Of a stretch of 54,565 bases of DNA, positions 26,855-35,601 are shown one piece after another. The position numbers and the translations under genes are program-made. The notes under the pieces were generated by a model. That model saw only the letters and a list, made by a program, of their open reading frames with translations. It was not told the DNA's origin and did not search any database. This DNA comes from Candidatus Falkowbacteria bacterium (lineage in GTDB: Bacteria; Patescibacteriota; Patescibacteriia; Patescibacteriales; UBA12075), in NCBI GenBank assembly GCA_043801965.1, contig JAZDLN010000017.1:1-54565 (forward strand), written 5' to 3'. Each line of letters opens with the position of its first letter. Within the stretch, counting starts at the first letter, position 1.

Positions 26855-27343
26855 CTAATCGAATTCAAGGTCTCCGTCATGGAAGACTTTTTTTATTGCA
26901 TCTGTAATCGGATGCTTATAATTTTTCCAAAAGGGAATAATACTCCAAAAATACGGCTGGCCGCCGCATATTTCCTTTACCACCACCTTTACTCTTATAT
27001 CGTAATTCAGAACGGCCACAAAGCCATAATATTTTACCGGCATCATTAATTGTCGCCACTGAGAATTAGATTTAACTCTTTCAAAATTCTTTGAGTCATT
27101 ATATTCCTGAAGAGTGCCGGATTTTGCCAAAATATCTGACGCTAGACGTAAAAATTTAAGGCGCAAGTATTGATCAGAAATCAATCGAGCTTTATTCCAA
27201 GCCTTGAATTTAATATGATCGAGTCCCTTTGCGTTAAAATTTACATTTTTCTTTAAAAACGGACAATAAATTTTGTCGATTTTTCTATATTGAATCTCTG
27301 CCGCTTCTTTTACTTTTAAAAATTTTTCTATTTCGTTCTGCAT
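26855..27343 (-). CDS. Putative BECR/RelE-like ribonuclease (CPR-type)
   Basis: IYCPFL...NFNAKGLDHIKFK...R...DQ..RL, IRVKVVV...G..YFWSIIP; fold assignment is inference. Confidence 0.55.
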   Translation of the reverse strand: MQNEIEKFLKVKEAAEIQYRKIDKIYCPFLKKNVNFNAKGLDHIKFKAWNKARLISDQYLRLKFLRLASDILAKSGTLQEYNDSKNFERVKSNSQWRQLMMPVKYYGFVAVLNYDIRVKVVVKEICGGQPYFWSIIPFWKNYKHPITDAIKKVFHDGDLEFD

Positions 27344-27345
27344 AT

Positions 27346-27996
27346 TTAGATAGATTTAAATCCAGTTTGGGTAATGATTAAATGGTCCCTCATCTCGATC
27401 CCCATGAGCCGACCCGCGTCTTTAAGCCTTAGGGTAAGATCAAGGTCCGCCGCCGACGGCTCGACTCCCCCGCTCGGGTGATTGTGGGCGACGATAATGG
27501 ACGCCGCCAAATGCTCGACCGCCGGATAAAAAACTTCCCGGGGGTGCACTAAATTCGCGTTTAAAGTCCCGATCGAGATCGTTTCCTTGTGGATAAGCTC
27601 GTTTCGGGCATTAAGGTACAAAACCGTGAAATGCTCCTTCCTGGCCGTCCGGAGTTCCTGGAGCTGGGCCACCGCGTCTTTGGCGCAGTTGATCTTCGGC
27701 AGATTATTGTCTTCCGTCTCAAGGGCGCGCTTGGTCAGTTCGAAAGCGGCCAGAAGCAGGCAGGCCTTGGCCGGGCCGATGCCCTTTATCTTTGAGAGAG
27801 TATTAAAATCCAGGGACAAAAGCTTTTTCGTCGGATATTTATTTAAAATATCCCGGGCGACGGCGAAAACGTCCCGGCCCTCTATTCCCGTCCCCAGGAG
27901 TATGGCCATAAGCTCGGCGTCGCGCAAATTGACCGCGCCTTTCCCGATCAATTTTTCCCTGGGCTGTTCGTGTTTGGCTAAATTTTTTATCGGCAT
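27346..27996 (-). CDS. radC: RadC/JAB domain protein
   Basis: PREKL..KG...L.DAELMAILL, IKGIGPAKA HhH, VHPREVF, AHNHPSG...S..D, DHLII. Confidence 0.93.
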   Translation of the reverse strand: MPIKNLAKHEQPREKLIGKGAVNLRDAELMAILLGTGIEGRDVFAVARDILNKYPTKKLLSLDFNTLSKIKGIGPAKACLLLAAFELTKRALETEDNNLPKINCAKDAVAQLQELRTARKEHFTVLYLNARNELIHKETISIGTLNANLVHPREVFYPAVEHLAASIIVAHNHPSGGVEPSAADLDLTLRLKDAGRLMGIEMRDHLIITQTGFKSI

Positions 27997-28044
27997 AATT
28001 TTATTTACTTCTAAAATATACCACTAAATATCCGTAAAATCAAT

Positions 28045-28073
28045 AAAACCCGCTAAAATAATCGCGGGTTTTT
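28045..28073. terminator. Intrinsic terminator
   Basis: AAAACCCGC...GCGGGTTTT. Confidence 0.65.
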
Positions 28074-28096
28074 GAAAATAAAAAATTTAAGCCGGC

Positions 28097-28687
28097 TTAA
28101 TCGATCCACCGCCCGGCCGGCAAAGCGTTACAAGCGGCGGCGGCGTAGGGCTGGACCTCGGCGGTATAAGGATCGCCGCCGTAATCGTAGTTCCAGGTGA
28201 CGACCTCGTCCGCGGTATTGCCGTTAATAAGGCAGCCGCCGACGGCCGGGCGCGGGCAGGGCGAGGCCTTAAAAGCGCCGCCGCAATTCAAGGCCGCCCT
28301 ATTGCCGGACCAGTTCGCGCCGATATATTCAACGCAGGTACTGCCGTCGCCGATCCGGTCGCAAGACCCGCGGGCCTTGTTTTTCAGGTCCTCGCTTAAA
28401 GTTATCTCCTCGCCCGAGTCGGGGCTCGTGGGTTCATCCGGGTCGATCTCTTCGCCGGAATCAGGGCCGTCCGGACTCTCATCGACATCGATCTCTTCGC
28501 CCGAATCGGGACCATCCGGACTCTCATCAACATCGATCTCTTCGCCCGAGTCCGGGCCGTCTGGCTCTTTATCAAGATCAATCTCTTCGCCGGAATCAGG
28601 ACCGTCCGGCTGCCCGAAGGACAGGGCGCAACCGGAAAAAAAGACCAGCGCCATGATCATTAGTAAAGTTAAATAAGTTTTTTTCAT
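28097..28687 (-). CDS. Lipoprotein with five acidic 13-aa tandem repeats and a Cys-rich domain
   Basis: Lipobox FSGC; (PDGPDSGEEIDxD)x5; C-terminal C...CVEY.G...C......CP....GGC. Confidence 0.8.
   Translation of the reverse strand: MKKTYLTLLMIMALVFFSGCALSFGQPDGPDSGEEIDLDKEPDGPDSGEEIDVDESPDGPDSGEEIDVDESPDGPDSGEEIDPDEPTSPDSGEEITLSEDLKNKARGSCDRIGDGSTCVEYIGANWSGNRAALNCGGAFKASPCPRPAVGGCLINGNTADEVVTWNYDYGGDPYTAEVQPYAAAACNALPAGRWID
28402..28609 (-). repeat. 39-bp coding tandem repeat
   Basis: ATCTCTTCGCC recurs every 39 nt. Confidence 0.85.
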
Positions 28688-28721
28688 ACGGTTTTTATTG
28701 GTAAACGCGGGATCTCCGGCT

Positions 28722-29204
28722 TTAATTCGCTACCTCAGCCAGGATCGCGACGTAATTATGCCCGTATTTTTTTTCGCATTTCGGGCAGGTCGTGTACCAC
28801 ATATACATCTTCCCGACCGTCATCCCCTTTTCTTTGGCGTATTTCCCGAAGTCCTCGCGCCATTTGCCCGTGTCTTTAAACGGACCCTCGTAGACTTTAC
28901 TTAAGAATTTGCCGCTTAAAGTAATATTCTTTGCGCCCGGCACGTCCTTATCGACCGCGAGGTAAAGATCCATGCTCCATTTCGAGGTATGGTCCGAGAG
29001 GCAAAGATTTTCCGGCGTGGCCGCTTCGGCCGCTTCCGTCTTGGCGACCATCCGCTTGATGACCGCGCCGAAATTTATCGGCATAAAGAACAGGGTGAAT
29101 ACCTTGTCCTTGATGAATTTCTTGCCCTCCCATTCGAAAACCTTCCCGTCCCAGGGAGCGGGATCGAATTTCGGGCAGCATTCCTGGTTTTTTTCCTGAT
29201 CCAT
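28722..29204 (-). CDS. Conserved GyrI-like 'hydrolase' family protein
   Basis: ECCPKFDPAPWD...KVYEGPFK...WYTTCPKCEKKYGHNYVA. Confidence 0.75.
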   Translation of the reverse strand: MDQEKNQECCPKFDPAPWDGKVFEWEGKKFIKDKVFTLFFMPINFGAVIKRMVAKTEAAEAATPENLCLSDHTSKWSMDLYLAVDKDVPGAKNITLSGKFLSKVYEGPFKDTGKWREDFGKYAKEKGMTVGKMYMWYTTCPKCEKKYGHNYVAILAEVAN

Positions 29205-29343
29205 AAATTTATAAATATGTCTTAATTACTCTTTGATTTTACCACCTTATCCCGATTAAAGCAAAAGAAATCGCCCCTTTTCGGACCGGTGGATTTCTTC
29301 AAGTATTAAAAAAGGCTCTTGGGTAAGAGCCTTTGGTTTTGTT

Positions 29344-30381
29344 TTATTTGTCGTCCTGGGCCAATTTTTGGATTCCCATGACGTTTAGGAGTTCATTCAC
29401 GTTGGTGGTTTTGAGGTTCATGCCTCCTTCGCCGCCGACGGGCAGGAGAAAGATCTTCTTTCCCTGGAGCGCCTCGGCCAGGCGGAGCTTAACGATCGCT
29501 TCGCCGCCGGAGCCGGCCAGGGCTTTGTTCATCTCTTCGATGGCTTTGGCTTCGGCGATACCTTCGGCCCTGATGGCCTTGGCCACATTCGCCTGCTGAT
29601 CGTAATAGGCGTCAACCTCGATCTTGGCTTTGCGGAACTGTCCGTCGACTTCGGCCATCGCCTTGTTGACTTCGCCCTGCGCGTCCTCGATTTTCTTTTT
29701 GTAATCCTCGAAGACCGCGTGCTGGGCGGACCGGTTCTTCCCTACTTCCTGGTCGGCGATCTTCTTGTCTTCGATCGCCTTCTGGTATTCGGAATTGAAC
29801 CGGTAGTCCTTGGTAAGGACCCGTTCGACGATGATGCCCATCGGCTCGAGGATCTCGTGCAGAGCGGCGCGGGCTTTCTCGGCCTGCTGGTCGCGCTTTT
29901 CGGCGACGTAGAATTCCTCGGTCGTCAATTCGCCGAAAACATCGCGGGGCTTCGAGCGGGCGACCGCCCGGAAGATCTTCTGCCGGAGCGTTCGGTCGTC
30001 GGGAGCGACGAGCTGACGGATGTAAGGCGCTTTGGCCGGATCGATCCGGTAAGCGATGATGACGTCAAGCCCGATATCGTTGCCGTCGATCGTTTTGAAA
30101 ATCAGGTCGTCGCGGCTGGCGCGATCGCCCTTGCCCTGCTCGAGCGTCATCTCGACGTTCTGGAGCTTCGTGTCAAAGGTGTCCCAGTCGTTCACGAACG
30201 GGAGGAAAAAATAGGTCGATCCCGGCGGATAGGCCTTGTCCTCGACGCCCTTATCCCCGAAGATGGAGATTTTCCTGGTCCTGACCCCGACCTCGGTTTC
30301 GCCCGTCGTATGGGGCATGCACCCGAAGAAAAGGGGCAGGAGAAAAACGGCCGCCAGAAAAGACATCACGTGTTTTTTCAT
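29344..30381 (-). CDS. SPFH/Band 7 protein (HflC-like), possible lipoprotein
   Basis: EVGVR, FKTIDGNDIGLDVIIAYRID, AIEDKKIADQ coiled coil; LFFGC lipobox; start at ATG 30381. Confidence 0.85.
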   Translation of the reverse strand: MKKHVMSFLAAVFLLPLFFGCMPHTTGETEVGVRTRKISIFGDKGVEDKAYPPGSTYFFLPFVNDWDTFDTKLQNVEMTLEQGKGDRASRDDLIFKTIDGNDIGLDVIIAYRIDPAKAPYIRQLVAPDDRTLRQKIFRAVARSKPRDVFGELTTEEFYVAEKRDQQAEKARAALHEILEPMGIIVERVLTKDYRFNSEYQKAIEDKKIADQEVGKNRSAQHAVFEDYKKKIEDAQGEVNKAMAEVDGQFRKAKIEVDAYYDQQANVAKAIRAEGIAEAKAIEEMNKALAGSGGEAIVKLRLAEALQGKKIFLLPVGGEGGMNLKTTNVNELLNVMGIQKLAQDDK

Positions 30382-30382
30382 G

Positions 30383-31480
30383 TTATTTGCCCTCCCTGAT
30401 ATCAAAGAGTTTAAGATCTTTGTCGAGGTCGAGCGGATTTATCCCGTTCGCGCCGTCGCTCGGCAGAATTATGGTCTCGAGCCCCTTGTACACGTCGGCC
30501 ATCTTAAGTCCGACCATGCGCTCGGCGCCCGCTCCCTGCAGGGCTTCGTTCCGAAGTTTGACCTTGCCGGCTTCGGCCAGCTGGACGAGAAGGTTCGCTT
30601 CCGCGCGCTTGGTGCGCTGGTACTGTTCGATTTCGCCGAGTTTACGCGCGACGTAAGCCTGGCCTTCCTCCAGCCTGACGGCGACATTGGCCTTGCCCTC
30701 TTCTTCCGTCTTGGTGACGAGCGCCGCTTCCTTCGCCGCCGCGGCCCGGGACATGTTCGTGAAGACCAACTGGTCTTTGAGCTTCTTCTCCTCGATGTTC
30801 CTCTGGATCTCGGGGCTGTAGACGAAATACCGTATCAGCACCTGATCAACCTTGATGCCTTTGACGGCCAATTCGGCGTTCAGGTGCTCTTTGGCCTCGT
30901 TACCTTTGGCCACGCGCTTGGGAGAATTGAAGAAATCCTCGGTCGTGAGCTTGCCAAGAGTGGCCTTAAGAGCCGGTTCGGCTTTCGGGACGATGCCGTT
31001 GTCCTCGAAAAGCTTTCCCGGACCGATCTTGGTGAAGGTCAGATACGGGTCTTCGACGTGATAGAGTATCGAAGCGTCCACATCAACGAAAAAGCCGTCC
31101 GAAGTCTGGATATGAGCGGCCTTCTCGACCCGGGCGCCCAGGGCGGCCGAATCTTGATACTTCGTCAGTTCCAGCACCTGCTGGTTCCGGGGAAGAGCGA
31201 ACATCGATTGCATACCGGGGATAACGAGGTGCAGGCCGGGTCCGTAGATCTTTTTCTGAACGCCGCGATGCACCCCTATCTTTACCACCTTGATCCCGTA
31301 TTCATCGGGTTCGATATATACCGTACAAATAAAATAGGCGATCATGAGTAGAAGGCCCGCTCCAGCCGCGATCTTTAATTTCATTCCGGCGCCATGGAGC
31401 GCCTTAACGAGTATACCCGCGGCTTTCTTGCTCTTGCGCGGCCGATCGTCATCGTCTTCGAAATCACGTTTTTTGAACAT
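30383..31480 (-). CDS. SPFH/Band 7 protein (HflK-like partner)
   Basis: YIEPDEYGIKV...YGPGLHLVIPG, IQTSDGFFVDVDASILY; start at ATG 31480 behind AAGGAG. Confidence 0.85.
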   Translation of the reverse strand: MFKKRDFEDDDDRPRKSKKAAGILVKALHGAGMKLKIAAGAGLLLMIAYFICTVYIEPDEYGIKVVKIGVHRGVQKKIYGPGLHLVIPGMQSMFALPRNQQVLELTKYQDSAALGARVEKAAHIQTSDGFFVDVDASILYHVEDPYLTFTKIGPGKLFEDNGIVPKAEPALKATLGKLTTEDFFNSPKRVAKGNEAKEHLNAELAVKGIKVDQVLIRYFVYSPEIQRNIEEKKLKDQLVFTNMSRAAAAKEAALVTKTEEEGKANVAVRLEEGQAYVARKLGEIEQYQRTKRAEANLLVQLAEAGKVKLRNEALQGAGAERMVGLKMADVYKGLETIILPSDGANGINPLDLDKDLKLFDIREGK

Positions 31481-31809
31481 GCTTTTCTCCTTTCGGCTGT
31501 TGTTTTTCTGATGAAAAAACAAAAAAGGCCTAATGCACCTCCTTTCCCGGCTTAATAATTTATTTGTTTTTAAAAGACCGTGAAACTTCATGATAAAGAA
31601 GTTCATGAAATATTAACAAATAATTAAAATTTTGTCAATAGCTTGCCCCAAAAAATAATCATTAAAAAATATTTAATATTAGATTAAAATAAAAAATTAC
31701 CGAAAATATCGCTTGATTTTTTTTTAATTATGTGCTTATATAATAGATAATATTTCATTAATCAGTTCTTTTTTATAAACCGCCCTTAAGAAAGAAAAGG
31801 AGAAAAAGC

Positions 31810-32196
31810 ATGAACGACAATCTCGAGTCAAGGTTATTCGCCCTTACCGTAAACCGTATCTGGTTTTGGGCGTGCCTCGTTTTCGCCCTTTGTCTATTAG
31901 ATCCGCTGCCGATCGACCCCATCCCGTTTTTCGGGGTACCGGGGGCCGCGGTCAGCCTCATCTTCTTTTGGATTTCCTATCACCTCCATTTCAACCGCCA
32001 CAAGAGATTGCGGATGTCCGCCATCGTCGCCCTGGCCGAAGACCGAGGCGATCTGACCGTGAACATGGTCGCGGAAAAACTGAAAATAAAAAAAGAGAAG
32101 GCGGAAAGCCTCCTGGAAGAAATGCTCGAAACGGATATGCTCGCCCGTACCGGTCAAAAAAAGAAAAAAACCACCACCTATTCCTTGCGGCCGTAG
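31810..32196 (+). CDS. Two-TM membrane protein with C-terminal winged-helix-like domain
   Basis: Two hydrophobic segments then GDLTVNMVAEKLKIKKEKAESLLEEM; AAGGAG RBS. Confidence 0.7.
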   Translation: MNDNLESRLFALTVNRIWFWACLVFALCLLDPLPIDPIPFFGVPGAAVSLIFFWISYHLHFNRHKRLRMSAIVALAEDRGDLTVNMVAEKLKIKKEKAESLLEEMLETDMLARTGQKKKKTTTYSLRP

Positions 32197-32313
32197 CCAG
32201 CCGTAAATAAAACGCAAAAAAAATCTCCCGACTTAAAAAGCCGGGATTTTTATTTGTACCGAATCATCGCGCGAATCTTTAATTAATATCCGTTCCGTTG
32301 TGATCGTGAATAT

Positions 32314-33051
32314 TTAATAATTCCTGAGGTCATGCTTGATCTTTTCGGCTTTTAAAGGCAAGGCGATCTTTCTGCCTTCCCTCGAAAAGAATTTTTCCAG
32401 AAAATACAGCTGCCAGGTAACCGCCGCGATATCGTAAAACATCTTAAGCCTTTACCTTAGACCCAGGGACAGTCCCCGCTTTTTTTCTTTCGTGACCTGG
32501 GTCAGATTCGGCATCAGGCAAAATCCCATGGCATAGCCGTTCTTTTTGGCGAAATAATTCAGCGCGATCTCGATCTGAAAATCTTTTTTGTACCTCTCCG
32601 GCACCTGCCCCCAAAGCTCCCTGGTGATCGCCCTTTCGCCGCCCAAAAGCGGGAAGAAACGCATTATCCGGTTAAGCGCTTCTATCCGGCGGTCGCGGAT
32701 AGCGATATACATCCGGTACCGCCCCGAAAGGACCGGCCGGATTATATTGTCCAAAGTGTCCCTGTTAAGCCCCCTGATATCGGCGTCAAGAAAACAGATG
32801 AATTCGTGGCGGGCGCGGGACACTCCCTCGCGCATCGCCGCGCCCTTGCCCATATTTTCCGTCAACCGGTAAACTTTCGCGCCGGCCAAAAGGGCCCAGG
32901 CAGCCGTGTTATCGGTCGAGCCGTCGTCTATAACGATTACCTCTCCGACGGCCGGGTGGCTTAACGCGGCCTTAACGACCCAGGCCACGGTCTTTTCTTC
33001 GTTGAAGGCCGGGATGATCACTGATACTTTTTTAAAAACCTCTTTAACCAT
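32314..33051 (-). CDS. GT2 glycosyltransferase with an in-frame TAA at 32452-32454
   Basis: VSVIIPAFNEE, VIDDGSTD, GKGAAM, FLDAD; the frame continues 45 codons after the TAA (RLKMFYDIAAV...). Confidence 0.85.
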
Positions 33052-33557
33052 AATAGTGCGGCGAATACCGCCAGGAAAGGAACGCCCAGAAGAAGCTGGT
33101 AGGCCAGTGGGGACAGCTCGAACCTGCCGATCGCCCGCCCGAATACCGTCCCCACCAGAAAAAGGGCCGCGATCCAGGCGATTATTCCTAAAAAATCGAA
33201 TAAAAGATACACGGGATAGCGGATCCTCTGGATGCCGGAGGCGATCTGCACGGCTATCCTCGTTCCGTAGATGAATTTCGAAACCGGGATGTGCCAGGGT
33301 TTGATCGTCCTTAGCCAGGCAGGCAGCTTCTCGATGTTTCTTTTTCTAAGGATCGGAAGGCGGGAAAATCTTTCTTTAGGGACTAAGCGGCCGAGAAGAT
33401 ACCAGATAGAATCGGATATGGCCGTGGCGGAAAGCACGAGGATCATCATCCGCCAAAAACCGAATTTCGAATCGATCACAAGGTAAACGAGCGGCACGGC
33501 GATCGTCTCTCCCCCTAAAAGCAGCAAGACAAACAGAAAAAGATCGTTGATTCTCAT
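33018..33557 (-). CDS. DedA/VTT family membrane protein
   Basis: SDSIWYLLGR, SKFIYGTRI...ASG; overlaps the GT2 gene. Confidence 0.85.
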   Translation of the reverse strand: MRINDLFLFVLLLLGGETIAVPLVYLVIDSKFGFWRMMILVLSATAISDSIWYLLGRLVPKERFSRLPILRKRNIEKLPAWLRTIKPWHIPVSKFIYGTRIAVQIASGIQRIRYPVYLLFDFLGIIAWIAALFLVGTVFGRAIGRFELSPLAYQLLLGVPFLAVFAALLWLKRFLKKYQ

Positions 33558-33682
33558 ATCCGGGAGCCGTTAATTAAAGATTTATTACAGTATAATAAAT
33601 ATAATCCGCCGGCGTTAAAAATTCATTAAGACTGAAAAAACACGCTTGAGAAGCGTGTTTATCGGCCGTTTCGCGGGATGGA

Positions 33683-34555
33683 TCATCTCGCGAAGATCTG
33701 CGTGAAATAATATAACGATCCTGCCCGGGCCAGGCCGATGCCGGCGGCGGTGTAATCGCCCAGCATATACAGGCGGTGCCCCTCGCTATTTATCCATTGT
33801 TCCAGCGCCTTTTTCGCGGGATCGGAAGCGTTCGAATTATAGGCGACGTTCTCCGCCATCGCTTTCGCGCCAGTCGACGGCGATAATTCCCCGAAACGCT
33901 CCGAAAAGCCGTCATGCCCGAAAGGAACCCGACCGGCGGCCATGTTCGCGCTGTGGGCGCGGGCGACAGAAGCGATCCTCTCGTCAATCAAAAGGGCGCC
34001 CAGGCCGAGGCTTAAGCGGTATTCGTTTACGGCGGCAAAAGCCTTCCGCTCGATGGCGGGAAGATCGATGCCGGCCAGGCTGTCCGAGACGTCCGAAGGT
34101 CCACCCGGTTCGCTTCCCTTAATCGGTATCTTTTTTATGTCCTGATTGCTGATCCCTAATCCGCGCTCGCGCATTATCTTAAACGCTTCTTCAGGGCGGC
34201 CGAGGGCGAAAAGACGGCGGCTGTCGGGATCGACGTAATAAGCCTGTCCTTCCTTTTCGACAGCCAAAAGTATCCGGCCGGCCAGGCGTTTAGGGGCGAC
34301 GGCCCTAAAACTTCCGAGGTCGCGGTTCGATATCCCTAAACCGCGCTCCTGCATGACCGCGAGCGCGTCTTCGGGGCGCCCCAGGTACGTTCTCGCTCCC
34401 GCCTGATCGACGTACCAGGCCTCGCCGTTCTCTTCGACCTGCAGGAGGATACGGCCGGAAAGGCGCGTGCCGGCGGTTTCGGCTTGGGCGGAAGAAGGAA
34501 AGAGCGTTAAGCATAACGAAAAGAGCAGACCCGCGATTGCCGTTTTTTTGAACAT
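33683..34555 (-). CDS. Secreted CAP/SCP domain protein with CPR GRILLQVE repeats
   Basis: 2x GRILL.VE..G.A.YVD....LGRP..A...M.ERGLGISN; VNEYR, ARAHSANM, AENVA, WINSEGHR. Confidence 0.88.
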   Translation of the reverse strand: MFKKTAIAGLLFSLCLTLFPSSAQAETAGTRLSGRILLQVEENGEAWYVDQAGARTYLGRPEDALAVMQERGLGISNRDLGSFRAVAPKRLAGRILLAVEKEGQAYYVDPDSRRLFALGRPEEAFKIMRERGLGISNQDIKKIPIKGSEPGGPSDVSDSLAGIDLPAIERKAFAAVNEYRLSLGLGALLIDERIASVARAHSANMAAGRVPFGHDGFSERFGELSPSTGAKAMAENVAYNSNASDPAKKALEQWINSEGHRLYMLGDYTAAGIGLARAGSLYYFTQIFAR

Positions 34556-34948
34556 AACGAAAAATTAAATTAATAATAAGCCCTCCGCCATCGAAGATTC
34601 CGCGGCCGCCGTTGCCGTTACCCGACCCTGGGGGGAAATTAAAAATTATTTCCCGCGGCTGTTCCTTAAACGGAGATAAGCGTTATTATACCAAAGGCGG
34701 ATTAAATTTTAAAAGGGCGGGACTTGCCCGGCCGAAGGTTAGGAACAAAGAACGTTTTCATCTTAAACTTTTTTAATCCCGCTATAATCCCGCGGCAGAA
34801 GCGCCTTTGAGTCCTGTGGATAACTTAAATTAACTCCATCTAACCATATCGCGATTGATCTATTATTGATTTACAATCAAACGTTAAAGCAATCAAAACC
34901 AGCGCGGTCTGCCGCGCTCTTTTATTTTTAAAATACGTCCGCCGCCGG

Positions 34949-35392
34949 TCAATTTCCGTCCGTCTCAATGCTCTTCTGCAAGCTTTCTAGCGCGTTCTGC
35001 AGGCTTTGTATGGAGCCGACGCTTTCATTCCTTAAGTCTTCCTGAAACGCTTCGAAGTTGCCGTCGATTTCCCGCCATCGCTCTCGCGCCGCCGAAGAAG
35101 CTTCGCTGTAAGCCTCTTTTAAATTCCCCCTTACCACTTCGGCTTCCTGAGCGATCTGGCTATAATCCTCTCCGGACATGATTCTGGTTTTAAGCGTAAG
35201 CAGGCGGCTTCTGGCGTCAAGGTCCGCTTTCTCCGTCGTTACCTCCCGCTGTATTTCATTTAACCCCTCAATCGCCGCGCCATAATTGCGGTACCCGGTA
35301 AAATTCAACCAGGAAAAGCCCAGGGCGGCCAGGGCGGAGATCAAAGCCAGGACGCTTAATACGTTCGCGGTTGTAGTTTTTCCCCGTTCCAT
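34949..35392 (-). CDS. Membrane-anchored helical protein
   Basis: N-terminal TM followed by coiled coil. Confidence 0.7.
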   Translation of the reverse strand: MERGKTTTANVLSVLALISALAALGFSWLNFTGYRNYGAAIEGLNEIQREVTTEKADLDARSRLLTLKTRIMSGEDYSQIAQEAEVVRGNLKEAYSEASSAARERWREIDGNFEAFQEDLRNESVGSIQSLQNALESLQKSIETDGN

Positions 35393-35601
35393 AAATTCCG
35401 TTTTTTATTCTAAATTTTAATATTTAAAAATTTACCACGCGTTATTTAATAGCGCATTAAATATGAACATTTTTTTTATTTTATTTTAATAAATTTTTAA
35501 TTTATCGGCCGTAAAATGATTATAAATTAATGAGCCTATAATAAAATCCGGTTCTTTTAAAAACTCACGCGTTCACTATCAGGAAAAAAGGAGGGGGCTT
35601 A

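Noticed and set aside
28402-28609. Possible CRISPR array (also 9141-9361)
   Set aside because: In-frame coding repeats without unique spacers; no cas genes
30236-31351. Long plus-strand ORFs (also 2499-3146, 29719-30399, 37495-38277 and others)
   Set aside because: Antisense shadows of well-supported GC-rich minus-strand genes; no motifs
31536-31545. Strong SD-like AAAGGAGGTG upstream of the SPFH pair, possible leader peptide
   Set aside because: No start codon at usable spacing; only an overlapping GTG-CAT-TAG
34815-34823. Perfect DnaA box TGTGGATAA
   Set aside because: Single copy, no box cluster or dnaA nearby; not enough for oriC
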